A stretch of DNA of 64,000 nucleotides from an uncultured Planctomycetales bacterium (GTDB lineage: Bacteria > Planctomycetota > Phycisphaerae > UBA1845 > JAFGLZ01), in assembly GCA_964446835.1 (NCBI GenBank), contig CAYUQT010000053.1, positions 949 to 64,948 on the forward strand, read 5' to 3'. Position numbers and translations under genes: made by a program. Each line of letters starts with the position of its first letter. Position 1 is the first letter of the stretch. Shown here piece by piece: positions 36,055 to 46,336 of this stretch. The notes under the pieces are model-generated. The model was not told where the DNA came from, did not search any database, and was given only the letters and a program-made list of their open reading frames with translations.

Positions 36055-38145
36055 TCACGGCACGCGGTACTGCCGACACGCGCCGAGTGATCGACCCGTT
36101 TTCACGTCGATCGCCACCACATCATAGAGCCCTGCGGCCTGCGGAAGGTTAATGATCTCACGCAGTTCGTTCCGGCGGTAGCTCAGCCAGTGACTGTTCC
36201 GGACGGCGACCGTTTCGGAATGAACCATCCGGCCGGATGCGTTGCGCCATTCCAGCCGCCATTTCGTGGCGCGATCACCCGGCAATACCGGCAGGACGTC
36301 ACGAACGTCGAGATCGAAGGCCAGCACACCGAGGGCCTTTCGCGGGTCCTTCTCGTCGGGGAAGATGCGAAACCGTGTTTCGCCTTCCCATTCGTCCAGG
36401 TAGCGGCGTTGCGAATCCTTCAGGGCATAGAGCACGTCCTGTCCGTCCCGCGCGACTTCCTTGAGGGCTTCTGTTTCCTTGAGGGCTTCGAGGCTCCGGG
36501 GGGGCATCCACATTTCGTGGACCAGAACATACTGAACGCCCAGCGCGGTCAGATGGCGGAGGCCCATGACCGTGGGAAAGTCCTCCAGCACGGGCCGGAG
36601 TTCCTCGTACAGGCCGGGCCAATAGCTGGCGTAGCCGTTCACCAGCGGTTGCCATGTGTGCACCGAATTGAACATGTACAAGGCATCGAGCGGTGTGCGG
36701 CGGACTGTCGTCGGCACAGGCAGCTCGATCAATGGCGCCTTAGGGTTGATTTCCGCGAGCCGCTTGTAGAGAGGATGAACGTCGTCGGGTGTGCCGCCCA
36801 CCTTCTGCATGTCGAGCGGAATGCCCACATACTCAACGGCAATGAGCAGAACGGCAGCCGCTGCAACTGTTGCGCGCCACCCGGCGGAGGCAATCGCCCG
36901 GAGACATCGTTCCAGCCCGAGAGCCATGAGCACGGTCGCAAAGAGTTGTGCAAAGACATAGAAGCGGTACACCGATCGAACCGAGTTGAATGCCGGGAGC
37001 GTAAGAAACAGCAACCCGTAGGGGCCGGGAATCTTCAGAGGACCGACTCGGATCCACAGACCCAGCGAAAACAACAGGGCCAACAGGGCCGCCGCAAGGT
37101 AGAAGCGATAGACGTATCGGGTTCGCCGCTCGGCCGGGCCGGCGGTCTTGCGGAACAGGGCCGTCACTCCGCCGATGCCGGCCAGCAGCCCGAACGTAAT
37201 ACCTGGGAAACAGACGACCGGCCCCACGTCGTCGCGCCGATCGCGAAACGTGATGCCGAACCCGTTGTAATACAGCCGCTGCTGCACGCCCGGCACGAGC
37301 AATTGAGGCCACGTCATCGGTAGAGTCGGGCCATGGTAGAAGCCCATGTCGCGATGGTTCCGCTTGATTGTGACGAACAACGGAACGACCAGTCCCAGGC
37401 AGACCGCGCCCACCACCAGAAGCTTGTACCACAACCGGCCCCACGGGATGCGTCGGCAGAACCAGAGGAACCACAGGGCGCAGAACACGATGGCGAAGAG
37501 GGCATATTGATAGGAGCTGGTTAGCAGCCAGATCCCACAGAGACCGGCCAGAACGGCTCGAACCCATGTCGGCCGATCAATCAACCGGTGCAGCGATGCC
37601 ATCAGGAACGGCACGGGATAGATGAACAGCGTCACGAGGCAGTAGCTCTCCGCGATCATGTAGGGACAGAATGCCATCGCCCCACCCGCCACGACCGACA
37701 CACCCCGGGCGAGCCCCAACTGCGACACCCAGAGATAGGTGCCCAGGGCGGTCAGGAAGAACGCTCCCAGGATGATCAGGTTATAGCTCAGCGTGATGTT
37801 GTGGCTGAGGCGGTGCACCGGCCAGGTGGAGACGACCGGCGAAAGGATGTTCTCGGAATAGGTCATCACCCTGGGATGAGGGTAGAAGATGTTCGCATCC
37901 CAATAGCGCGACAGTCCGGTATCGAGCGCATGGTGGGTCCAGGCGATGATGTACAAACCGTGATAGGGTACGAGCAAGGTCCATTTCGGCACCAGCGGGA
38001 TCTTCGAGCCGAGGTGCAGGATCATGGGCCAGGTCATGACCCCTGTCAGAATGAGGTGGATGGCCGCCGCGGCCAGATGCCGCCGCAGGCGCGCGCCGGA
38101 TGAAGGTGGCGCAACCATGTGTGACTCTCCCTGAATGGCCTCCAT
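36055..38145 (-). CDS. Polytopic membrane protein, GT-C-like (putative glycosyltransferase) with C-terminal soluble domain
   Basis: 696 aa with more than 10 predicted TM segments from hydrophobic runs. First loop has YWDANIFYPHP...YSEN. Alternative start at ATG 38118 (GGGAGAG RBS). Confidence 0.7.
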   Translation of the reverse strand: MEAIQGESHMVAPPSSGARLRRHLAAAAIHLILTGVMTWPMILHLGSKIPLVPKWTLLVPYHGLYIIAWTHHALDTGLSRYWDANIFYPHPRVMTYSENILSPVVSTWPVHRLSHNITLSYNLIILGAFFLTALGTYLWVSQLGLARGVSVVAGGAMAFCPYMIAESYCLVTLFIYPVPFLMASLHRLIDRPTWVRAVLAGLCGIWLLTSSYQYALFAIVFCALWFLWFCRRIPWGRLWYKLLVVGAVCLGLVVPLFVTIKRNHRDMGFYHGPTLPMTWPQLLVPGVQQRLYYNGFGITFRDRRDDVGPVVCFPGITFGLLAGIGGVTALFRKTAGPAERRTRYVYRFYLAAALLALLFSLGLWIRVGPLKIPGPYGLLFLTLPAFNSVRSVYRFYVFAQLFATVLMALGLERCLRAIASAGWRATVAAAAVLLIAVEYVGIPLDMQKVGGTPDDVHPLYKRLAEINPKAPLIELPVPTTVRRTPLDALYMFNSVHTWQPLVNGYASYWPGLYEELRPVLEDFPTVMGLRHLTALGVQYVLVHEMWMPPRSLEALKETEALKEVARDGQDVLYALKDSQRRYLDEWEGETRFRIFPDEKDPRKALGVLAFDLDVRDVLPVLPGDRATKWRLEWRNASGRMVHSETVAVRNSHWLSYRRNELREIINLPQAAGLYDVVAIDVKTGRSLGACRQYRVP

Positions 38146-38202
38146 TGGCGGAGACTCCCTGTGAAGGGCCCGCGATCGGGTCCGGAGTCGAGCGCGGTTC
38201 CC

Positions 38203-40557
38203 CTACTTGTCTGCCTCGGCCTTGAGCTGTCGGGCCTTGTCGCGGAGCGGACGCCAGACATATTCGGCCATCGTGGCGATAGCCCCGCGATCCGATGAGT
38301 CGCGGGCGACCGCGGCATAGGCCTCGATCATCCGGCGGGCGTTCTGCTCGGCCTGTTCGGCCAGTTTGGCTGCTTCGGCGAATCGTGCCCTGCCGGCATT
38401 GGCCTTGCCGGCCTTTCGGGCCTCTTCGGCGGCGGTTTGCGCGGCGGCGGCCTGCATGGTTGCCTCGATAGTGTCGATGTATCCGGCGCCGAACGCGAAT
38501 CGGCCCATCCAGTAGCCCAGGTACTCGTCGCCTGCCGCCGAACGGGCTCGCGATCCGGCCTGGCCTTGAGTGGCCCGGCGGGCGCGATCTGCCTTGCGAA
38601 CCAGGTCGAGCGCGTTGAGATACGCCCGGCGCGTATCGACGAGATACGACGGGAGCCCTCCGGCGTGCCAGTGATTCATGATCATGCCCGGCACGGGGAA
38701 GGTCAGCCCCAACCCCGGCCCCTCCAACGCCAATGTCAGCTTCTCGAGTTCATGCATGGCTTCGAGCATGGCGGGAACGGCCTCAGGACCGCACACCGCG
38801 CCGATCTGGCGGCGGTAGAGGTCGTCGACCGTCGGCGTGGTGTCCCATGCGCGGCGGGCGATGCAGCCCACCGACAGATCGTGATCTCCGATGAGCCAGT
38901 AGCGAGTGCTGAAGCCAGCCCACTTCGCCGGCGTGATGACGTCGAGGAGTGATACGAGGGAGCCCGTTGTCAGTTGCGGCAGAACACCGACGTTGTCGTC
39001 GTGCAGCGTCAGGATCAGGCTTGCGGGCACGTCTTTGCCGGGCAGGCTTCGCAGCACCTCTTTCCGGGTCAGGACGCGACTGGCCGTGTAGTCAACGATG
39101 TTGAGTGACTCCCAGCCGGTCTTCATGAGTTTCGGCAAGACCGGAAACAGCTCCTCAGCCACGCAGTTGTAGACGATCTTTATGTCCGGTCGCCGACTGT
39201 CCTTGAGCGCGCCCCGATCAGTGACCAGGCGATCGTAGAAGTACAGTGCGACGATGTCGCCCTTGACCTCCTGAAGCGCCCGCTCCGCGCCGCCAGGATA
39301 TCCCGTTCGCCTGCCCGCCTGCTCGAGCACCGCCGCCAACGGGCGGACCTTTTCGATGTGGTACTTGGCATCCAGGGCCTTCCACGCTCGCTCGTAGTGG
39401 CTCGACCAGGCGCGAAACTCCGGCATCCCCAGCAGCACGTACTCGCACTCGGGATAGGTGTTCACGGCAGCCTTGAGAAACTCACCGGCCAGCTCGTTCA
39501 TGTCTGTGTCGTCGATGTCCGTCTGCGGACCCGGGCCGATGGTCATGTTGGCGAGTTGATGGACTGGCTTGGGGTCTTTCAGCAGCGGGGCGAATTCCAG
39601 CGGATACTCGGTCAGCGAGGCCGTCACGCCACAGGACATCCCGAGGCTCTGAGCCAGGGCCGTGATGCCGTGGCAGAGCTTCTGTCCCGCCGCCACGAAA
39701 TCCTCGTAGCTCTGGCCACGAGGCAGGTCCGGGTTCCAGAACTCTTCGACATTGCCGAAGATCTTGCGCCCCGGCATATCGTCGGTGATGGGGTAGTGGT
39801 ACTTGTACCACAGGTGGGCTTCCTTCCGTCGTATGCCCTTGACCACGGGATCGACGAACGGCTGCCAGGGATAGAGCGACAGGAAGATGCGATTGAACTT
39901 CATCTTGGCGAGCTGACCGAGGACCACCTTGTAGTCGGCCATGCCCCACGACTCGGGCCCGCAGGCAAAATCATTGACCGCCCGCCACCACCGTACGCGA
40001 AGGACGGGTTCCATCACGACATCCTGCTCGGGAACGCTCAGGTTGACCACCGCATGGACGTCCGCCTTGGCGGGCAGGACATCGCCGTGCAGCAGGTAGG
40101 TCACGCCCCATCGCTCGACGAGTTCATAGACCGCCCACAACGTCGCAACCGGACTGCCGCCACCGACGATCATTGCCGGCCGGCCGTTCAGACGGGCTCT
40201 CTTGATGACAATGCCCTGATCGCTGACCGCTGGCCAGCCCGTCGGCCCCAGCGCCTTGGCCACGTGGGGATTGGTCTGGGGAGCGCCGATCAGATAGAGA
40301 GTTCCGGGATAGCGCAACGGATCATCCACCGAATCGGGGACGAATCCGAACACCTTGCGGATGTAGTCGGCGAGTTGGTCGGCGGCAAAACGCTCAAGCC
40401 TCGACACGTCGGCCCCCAGTGTGATTCCAACCTTGGCGGCCGACGGCTCCTCCGCTGTTGCTTTTCGACCGTAGAAGAACATCGCCATCAGAACACACCC
40501 CGTCAGCATTCGCGACCGCATGCCGAACCCCTTCTGGTGCGCCGAGAACCCCGCCAT
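38203..40557 (-). CDS. Secreted protein with glycosidase-like N-terminal alpha/beta domain and Ala/Lys-rich helical C-terminus
   Basis: 784 aa with a signal peptide from MRSRMLTGCVLMAMFF (alternative start 40521). GIVIKR...MIVGGGSPVATLWAVYELVERWGVTYLLHGD resembles the N-domains of GH20/GH67/GH115-type enzymes. This assignment is tentative. Confidence 0.65.
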   Translation of the reverse strand: MAGFSAHQKGFGMRSRMLTGCVLMAMFFYGRKATAEEPSAAKVGITLGADVSRLERFAADQLADYIRKVFGFVPDSVDDPLRYPGTLYLIGAPQTNPHVAKALGPTGWPAVSDQGIVIKRARLNGRPAMIVGGGSPVATLWAVYELVERWGVTYLLHGDVLPAKADVHAVVNLSVPEQDVVMEPVLRVRWWRAVNDFACGPESWGMADYKVVLGQLAKMKFNRIFLSLYPWQPFVDPVVKGIRRKEAHLWYKYHYPITDDMPGRKIFGNVEEFWNPDLPRGQSYEDFVAAGQKLCHGITALAQSLGMSCGVTASLTEYPLEFAPLLKDPKPVHQLANMTIGPGPQTDIDDTDMNELAGEFLKAAVNTYPECEYVLLGMPEFRAWSSHYERAWKALDAKYHIEKVRPLAAVLEQAGRRTGYPGGAERALQEVKGDIVALYFYDRLVTDRGALKDSRRPDIKIVYNCVAEELFPVLPKLMKTGWESLNIVDYTASRVLTRKEVLRSLPGKDVPASLILTLHDDNVGVLPQLTTGSLVSLLDVITPAKWAGFSTRYWLIGDHDLSVGCIARRAWDTTPTVDDLYRRQIGAVCGPEAVPAMLEAMHELEKLTLALEGPGLGLTFPVPGMIMNHWHAGGLPSYLVDTRRAYLNALDLVRKADRARRATQGQAGSRARSAAGDEYLGYWMGRFAFGAGYIDTIEATMQAAAAQTAAEEARKAGKANAGRARFAEAAKLAEQAEQNARRMIEAYAAVARDSSDRGAIATMAEYVWRPLRDKARQLKAEADK

Positions 40558-41122
40558 CCGTTCGAACCGGCAGCCATGTTAGGGTCAAAACCCATGGGCG
40601 AAAAGGCCTCCCTGGGGCCCCCGCCCGGTCATCCAACCCTCCTGCTCGCCCCCCGAGCCGTTCCGGAAGGTCGGGAGATTGGCCCTTGGCACTATTTGAA
40701 TCTCCACCTGCGGCGGGTGCGAGACGCGGCACGGAGGGATAGGGAGCCCTGGCGGTGGAATTCTGCACTTATATTGATACAGGAGCAACGGCGACCCTGT
40801 CCCCTACAGCGGAACATTAAAAATTACCCATATTAACATTTCTTGGGTCGTTGGCGGTTATTGCGCGAAAGTTTTTTCGACAAGACAACCGATAACTAGC
40901 TTGACTGGTTCATCCAGTCTACCCAAGTTAACACAATGCAAGAACAAAATCACATCCTAGAAAGACCAGCGAATCAAGGCAACATGCCTTTGGGTATATG
41001 CCGGCGGGGATGGTCCGGCGTCATGGTTGGGACTAAGCCGGCTGTGGGTCGGGGTCGGATGGAGTCCGACCTCGACCCTTCTGAGTTTCAACTCAGGACA
41101 GTCGACGGTAACAAAGGGCAAC

Positions 41123-41863
41123 ATGATGCGTCTGGAAAACCTGCTGGATCAGTATCTCGATCCTCTCTTGTCTGGCAATCGCCAGGAGTGCCGTGAAGTC
41201 ATCCACAAGTCTCTTCGACTGGGAATGGATCCCAAGTCGATCTATCACCAGGTCCTCTGGCCTGCGATGGAACGAGTCGACCAGCTTTACCGGGCCGACC
41301 GGATCAACAAAGCGGTCGAGAACATGGCTTGTCGGATCAATCGGGCTCTGGCCGACCAGGTTCAGAGTCGCCTTCCGCGGACTCAAACCAACGGCAAGAA
41401 GCTGATGGTGTTGTGTGCGGACAACGAGCCGGAGGAGCTCGGCGCCCAGATGGTCTCGGACCTTTTCGAGGCCGACGGATGGACGGTGTTCTTCCTGGGC
41501 GGTGGCGTGCCGCACGACGAGGTTCTCGGCATGATCGGACAGGTTCGCCCCGAGATGCTGCTGATTTTCGGGACCCAGCCCAGTGGTGTGCCGGGCGTGC
41601 GCCGGTTGATCGACCTGATTCGCGAGGTCGGCGTACACCCGACGATGAACACGATGATCTCCGGCGGCGTCTTCAACCGGGCCGACGGGCTCTGGGAAGA
41701 GGTGAACGCGGACCTGTTTGCCGCGACCGCCGACGAGGCGTTGGCGGTGGCCAACGAGGCTGAGCCTCGGACACCGGACGTCCGAATTCCGGGTGCACCC
41801 AAGAAGCGTCGTCGTCGCCGTCGTCCCCCCCTTCTCGAACGAGCGGCGGTTCTGGCCGGGTAG
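41123..41863 (+). CDS. Cobalamin(B12)-binding-domain-like protein lacking the DxHxxG histidine; poly-Arg C-terminus
   Basis: The track ORF trimmed to MMRLENLLDQYLDPLL. A helical cap region is followed by a Rossmann-like region KKLMVLCADNEPEELGAQMVSDLFEADGWTVFFLGGGVP. C-terminus KKRRRRRRPP. Confidence 0.7.
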   Translation: MMRLENLLDQYLDPLLSGNRQECREVIHKSLRLGMDPKSIYHQVLWPAMERVDQLYRADRINKAVENMACRINRALADQVQSRLPRTQTNGKKLMVLCADNEPEELGAQMVSDLFEADGWTVFFLGGGVPHDEVLGMIGQVRPEMLLIFGTQPSGVPGVRRLIDLIREVGVHPTMNTMISGGVFNRADGLWEEVNADLFAATADEALAVANEAEPRTPDVRIPGAPKKRRRRRRPPLLERAAVLAG

Positions 41864-42047
41864 GTCTGAACCCCCCCTTCGATTCACCCCATCCCATGTT
41901 GCATGATATGCGGGCGGCCCGTGTCAGGATGACGCGGGCCACCCGCCACGATGGTCTGCCGAACCCCTTGTCACCTTCCGACAAAGCCGTCAGGATGTGG
42001 GCCTCATACCGCATGGCGCACTGAGGCGGAATCGCCGGGAGGTCCCC

Positions 42048-45000
42048 ATGTTTCAACGACGTGGTCGCGGGCGACCCATCCTTCCTTCCATCATCGCTTG
42101 GAGCGTTCTGATCATCTTGTCGATTGGAGGGGCCGCCCGGGCGCAGGAGGGCGGTTCGGCCCAGGCCCTGAAGCTGGTGCCTTATCCCAAGAAGATCGAG
42201 TTGCGAACCGGGCGGATGGTGCTTCCGGAGCGAGCGAGGCTTTGTGTGACGACGGGCGGCGTCATCGTCCATCAGGCGGCAGCGATTCAGGAAGACCTGA
42301 GCCGATTCGGCAAGGTGGCCTGCGAGGTGTCGACAGTGCCGGCGTCGAAGGACCCGCCCGGATTCGTTCTTTGCCTGTCCGCCGAACCGGTCGGCGCCGA
42401 TCGACTCGGTGACCTGCTGAAGGACCCACCGGCGCAGGATGAGGGATACGTGTTGATCATCACGCCGGACCTGGCGGCCATCGGGTCGCGTGCCGAGGCC
42501 GGATTGGGCATCGGCGTCCAGACCCTGCGTCAGCTTGTACGGGGCCACCTTCAGGATCGTTCGTTGCCCTGCCTGAAGATATCCGACTGGCCCGCGCTGC
42601 GATACCGCGGCTACTCCGACGACATCACGCGCGGCCCCAGCCCCCTGTTGCGGACATTCGAGCACGAACTGAAGACGACGGCGCTGCTCAAGATGAACTT
42701 CTTCTCGTACTACCTCGAGCACCAGTATGCCTTCGCCAGGAATCCGGTCATCGGTCCCAAGGACGGCAGCCTGACGCCTCAGGAACTGGCGGGGCTGGTC
42801 GAGCTGGCCGGGCGGGAGGGGGTTGAGGTCTTCGGCAACCAGCAATCCTTCGGTCACTTCGGGCACATTCTCAAACATGCCCAATACAAGCCGCTGGCCG
42901 AGACATCGGAGGTGCTCAACCCGACCATCGAGGGAACGTACAAGCTTCTCGATGAAATGTACTCCGAGCAGATTCCGCTGCTGAAGGCCGGCTTCTTCAA
43001 CGTCTGCTGCGACGAAACCGACGGCCTGGGCACGGGCCCCGCCAAGGCGGAGGCGGAGAAACTGGGTGTCGGCGGGCTCTACGTGCAGCACATCCTGCGC
43101 GTTCACCAGCTCATCACGGGCAAGTACGGCAAGCGGATGATGATGTGGGGCGACATCATACTGCGCCATCCCGAGCACCTGCCGAAGATCCCCAAGGACA
43201 CGGTGATGCTCTCGTGGGGGTATGATCCCCGCGGATCCTTCGAGGAGGCGATCACGCCGTTTTCGAAATCGGGCTATCAGTTCTTCGTCTGCCCGGGTGT
43301 GAGCTGCTGGAGCCGGATTCTGCCGGACTTCGGTGTGGCGGTCACTAATATCCGCAACTATGTCCGCGACGGCGTCAAGCTTGGCGCCCTGGGCATGTGG
43401 AATACGACATGGGACGACGATGGCGAGAACTTCTTCGCGGTGAACTGGCATGGTGTGGCGTGGGGGGCCGAGTGCGCGTGGAGCGGTTCGGCCACGTCGC
43501 CGGAGGATTTCAACCGCCGCATCGGGGCCGTGCTGTTCGGCGAGCGTGGAGACCGTTTCGGTCGGGCCGTCGAGGGCCTGGCCAGGGCCCATCGCCTGCC
43601 GAACTACGAGCAGATGATGGACGGACGCTTCTGGCGGGTCGATCAGGACATGGGGATGCTGCCCGTCGACGAAGCGACCGCCGTGCAACAGGCGCGATCT
43701 CTGCTGGGCATCGTCGATCCGGCGCTGGAGCAATTGCGGGCCCTTCAGACGGAGGCTCGATTCAACGGATATCTGATCGATTTTCATGTCTTCGGCGCCG
43801 AGCGGATGCGATTGATGGCGACCCGTTCGCTGGGGTACCTTGCGGCCGCTGCGGCCTACGGGAAAGCGGTGATGTCCGACGCCGGTTCGCCTGAGGCACG
43901 GGAGCAGCTCAAGGAAGCCGATCGCGAAATCCGCAAGGTGCGAGACGAACACGCCGCGATGAAGGCTCGCTATGCCGAACTCTGGAACCGGGAGAACAAG
44001 CCCTATGCACTGGAGCCGGTCCTCGGGCGATTCGATCGTCTTATCGGTGTCTACGACGGCATCCTCAAGCGTCTGGACGGTGCGGCACAGGCCGCCGCGG
44101 CGGGTAAGGGCCTCCCGACGGCGGCGGCGGCCGGGCTCGATGTTGTGGAGATGGGTGTCCGCCGAACCAAGCCGAACAAGGTGAACGCCCAGTCTCTGTT
44201 GCCCGACGCACCGTGGGTTGACGAACCGTTCGATCATCGTATGGGTCTGGTGATCGGCAGCGGTGCGACCTCGCGCGTGGACCTGCCCGTGGAGGTGGAC
44301 CTTCCAGCCGGCGTCGGAACAAACACGACGGTCCGCCTGTTCGAGATCAATCCGCAGACCCTCGCCCAGACGCCGGTTGCCTGTCAGCGGCGATCGGTCG
44401 GTCTGACCCCGCGGCTGGCCTTTGTCGTCCGGGGCACGATGGAGAAGGGCGCCTCACGGCATTTCCTTCTCTATTACGGCGCCGGTGTGGCCTCCGTGCC
44501 GCCCAGGGATCCTGCGGCGGTTCATTACGCCCATGAACCCAACGGCGTGATCCGGATCGAGAACGATCAGGTCTCGCTGCGGATCGGTCCTGAGGGCGGG
44601 CACATCTACCGATGGGAGGTCAAAGGGCTGGGCAACCGCGATCTGACCGAGCCGGGCGAGACGGGCTGGGCGGGCTTTGCTGATTGCTATGGGCCCCATC
44701 GCAGCGCAGCCCATCGCCTTGAGGTTCTCGATGCCGGACCGGCGATGGTCCGTGTGAGGTGCATCGGAGCGGAAGGGCTCGAGAAGTTGATCACGCTTTA
44801 CGCCGGTGTGCCGTGGGCCGAGGTGACGCTCAACAGCGGCCAGAGCTGGTTCTGGTGCTACGACGACATCGCGGTGATGGGCGCCGACAGCGGCACACCC
44901 GGCGAATGGCTGTTCTCCGACCGGACGTCCGGCAAAGTTCGGAAGATCACGCAGACTCCCGACTGTCAGGCCCGCCGAGGCCACGTGCAGTGGGGGTGCA

Positions 45001-45245
45001 AGTTCGCGCGCGGAGGTCCGATGCTGGCGCTGATCACGCCGGAGTCGGTGGCCCATCATGTCGTCGGCCCGGGATCGGGAATGGGCGGGGTCGGCATCGA
45101 GGGTTCGCCCCAGTCGATCAGCCACTTCGTGATCTATGGAGGGCCGTGCCCGACGCAACCGAAGGATGTCCTTGATGCGCTGCGTGCGACATTGGACTAT
45201 CGGACTCCGCCGGTTGTGGAACTCTGCGCCTTGCAGATGCGATAG
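42048..45245 (+). CDS. Glycoside hydrolase family 20 (beta-N-acetylhexosaminidase-like) with large C-terminal domains, secreted
   Basis: ATG 42048 (GGGAGG upstream) with signal peptide MFQRRGRGRPILPSIIAWSVLIILSIGGAARA. GH20 core ISDWPALRYRG...FFNVCCDETDGLG...MMMWGD. Confidence 0.8.
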   Translation: MFQRRGRGRPILPSIIAWSVLIILSIGGAARAQEGGSAQALKLVPYPKKIELRTGRMVLPERARLCVTTGGVIVHQAAAIQEDLSRFGKVACEVSTVPASKDPPGFVLCLSAEPVGADRLGDLLKDPPAQDEGYVLIITPDLAAIGSRAEAGLGIGVQTLRQLVRGHLQDRSLPCLKISDWPALRYRGYSDDITRGPSPLLRTFEHELKTTALLKMNFFSYYLEHQYAFARNPVIGPKDGSLTPQELAGLVELAGREGVEVFGNQQSFGHFGHILKHAQYKPLAETSEVLNPTIEGTYKLLDEMYSEQIPLLKAGFFNVCCDETDGLGTGPAKAEAEKLGVGGLYVQHILRVHQLITGKYGKRMMMWGDIILRHPEHLPKIPKDTVMLSWGYDPRGSFEEAITPFSKSGYQFFVCPGVSCWSRILPDFGVAVTNIRNYVRDGVKLGALGMWNTTWDDDGENFFAVNWHGVAWGAECAWSGSATSPEDFNRRIGAVLFGERGDRFGRAVEGLARAHRLPNYEQMMDGRFWRVDQDMGMLPVDEATAVQQARSLLGIVDPALEQLRALQTEARFNGYLIDFHVFGAERMRLMATRSLGYLAAAAAYGKAVMSDAGSPEAREQLKEADREIRKVRDEHAAMKARYAELWNRENKPYALEPVLGRFDRLIGVYDGILKRLDGAAQAAAAGKGLPTAAAAGLDVVEMGVRRTKPNKVNAQSLLPDAPWVDEPFDHRMGLVIGSGATSRVDLPVEVDLPAGVGTNTTVRLFEINPQTLAQTPVACQRRSVGLTPRLAFVVRGTMEKGASRHFLLYYGAGVASVPPRDPAAVHYAHEPNGVIRIENDQVSLRIGPEGGHIYRWEVKGLGNRDLTEPGETGWAGFADCYGPHRSAAHRLEVLDAGPAMVRVRCIGAEGLEKLITLYAGVPWAEVTLNSGQSWFWCYDDIAVMGADSGTPGEWLFSDRTSGKVRKITQTPDCQARRGHVQWGCKFARGGPMLALITPESVAHHVVGPGSGMGGVGIEGSPQSISHFVIYGGPCPTQPKDVLDALRATLDYRTPPVVELCALQMR

Positions 45246-45373
45246 ATTGTCGGCCGCGAGGACGTTGCCCTGCCGCACCGTCTTGCGAGGGACGGACATT
45301 CATCATAGGATTCCCCCCGGCGCCACGCATGCCATGTGTGAATCGGTGATGGGGGAGCGGACGGATCACTTCC

Positions 45374-46336
45374 ATGAGCAGTCAGCCCCGAATTGTTCTG
45401 ATCGGCAGCATGAACTTTGATTGTGTCGCCAAGGCCGACCGCCTTCCCAAGAAGGGCGAGACGGTTCTGGGGACATTCTTCGGCACGTTTCCGGGCGGCA
45501 AGGGAGCCAACCAGGCCGCTCAGATGGGCCGCCTCGGCGCCGAGGTGTATATGGTCGGTCGGGTGGGTGACGACTTCATGGCCGATACCCTTCTGGCCAG
45601 CCTGTCGGCTTCGAGCGTGAACACCGACTATGTCACGCGTGACGCGTCGGTCACCACGGGTGCCTGTTGCATCAACGTCGATCAGGACGGGAACAATACG
45701 ATCGTCATCGTACCGCAGGCCAACATGGCGTGCTCGAAAGCGGATGTGGACTCGGCATCCCGTGTGATTCAATCGGCGGATGCCGTGCTGTGCCAATTCG
45801 AGATCCCGCTGTCCACCGTCGCGCATGCGGCGTTCCTGGCCGCTCAGTACGGCGTTCGGATGATTCTGAACCCCGCGCCGCCCGCGACGGCCGAGTTGCC
45901 GAAGGGTCTGTTGTCGAACGTAGACATTCTGACGCCCAATGAAACGGAGGCCGAACACCTGTCGGGTATTCCCATGCCGTCCGGCGGGAAGTCGGCCGAT
46001 GGCGACTGGGAGTCACGGGTGGCCCAGAAGCTTCTGACGATGGGGCCTCGAACCCTGGTGTTGACATTGGGCGATCGCGGGGCCTTCCTGGCGACCCGGG
46101 ACGGCGAGGAACTCATACCGGCATTTCCGGTTCAGGCGGTGGACGCCACGGCCGCCGGAGACGCCTTCAACGGTGCATTGGCCGTCGCGCTGGCCGAGGG
46201 TAAACCCATGCGCGATGCGATCGTCTTTGCCAATGCGGCGGGGGCCCTGGCAGCTACCAAACCGGGCGCCCAGCCCTCGTTGGCCACACGAGCCGAGGTC
46301 GAGAGGTTCCTTCGAGATCGAGGGGTGACAGTATGA
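45374..46336 (+). CDS. rbsK: Ribokinase
   Basis: 320 aa with GSMNFD, GGKGANQA and DATAAGDAFNGAL motifs. Confidence 0.9.
   Translation: MSSQPRIVLIGSMNFDCVAKADRLPKKGETVLGTFFGTFPGGKGANQAAQMGRLGAEVYMVGRVGDDFMADTLLASLSASSVNTDYVTRDASVTTGACCINVDQDGNNTIVIVPQANMACSKADVDSASRVIQSADAVLCQFEIPLSTVAHAAFLAAQYGVRMILNPAPPATAELPKGLLSNVDILTPNETEAEHLSGIPMPSGGKSADGDWESRVAQKLLTMGPRTLVLTLGDRGAFLATRDGEELIPAFPVQAVDATAAGDAFNGALAVALAEGKPMRDAIVFANAAGALAATKPGAQPSLATRAEVERFLRDRGVTV

Noticed and set aside
40686-40702. TTGGCACTATTTGAATC, a sigma-54-like element in the large divergent intergenic region
   Set aside because: The TTG is displaced by 3 nt relative to the consensus and there is no GC at -12, so it does not fit the -24/-12 geometry.
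41673-44237. 854-aa minus-strand ORF
   Set aside because: It is antisense to the GH20 gene, whose catalytic-domain motifs are unambiguous, so this is a shadow ORF.
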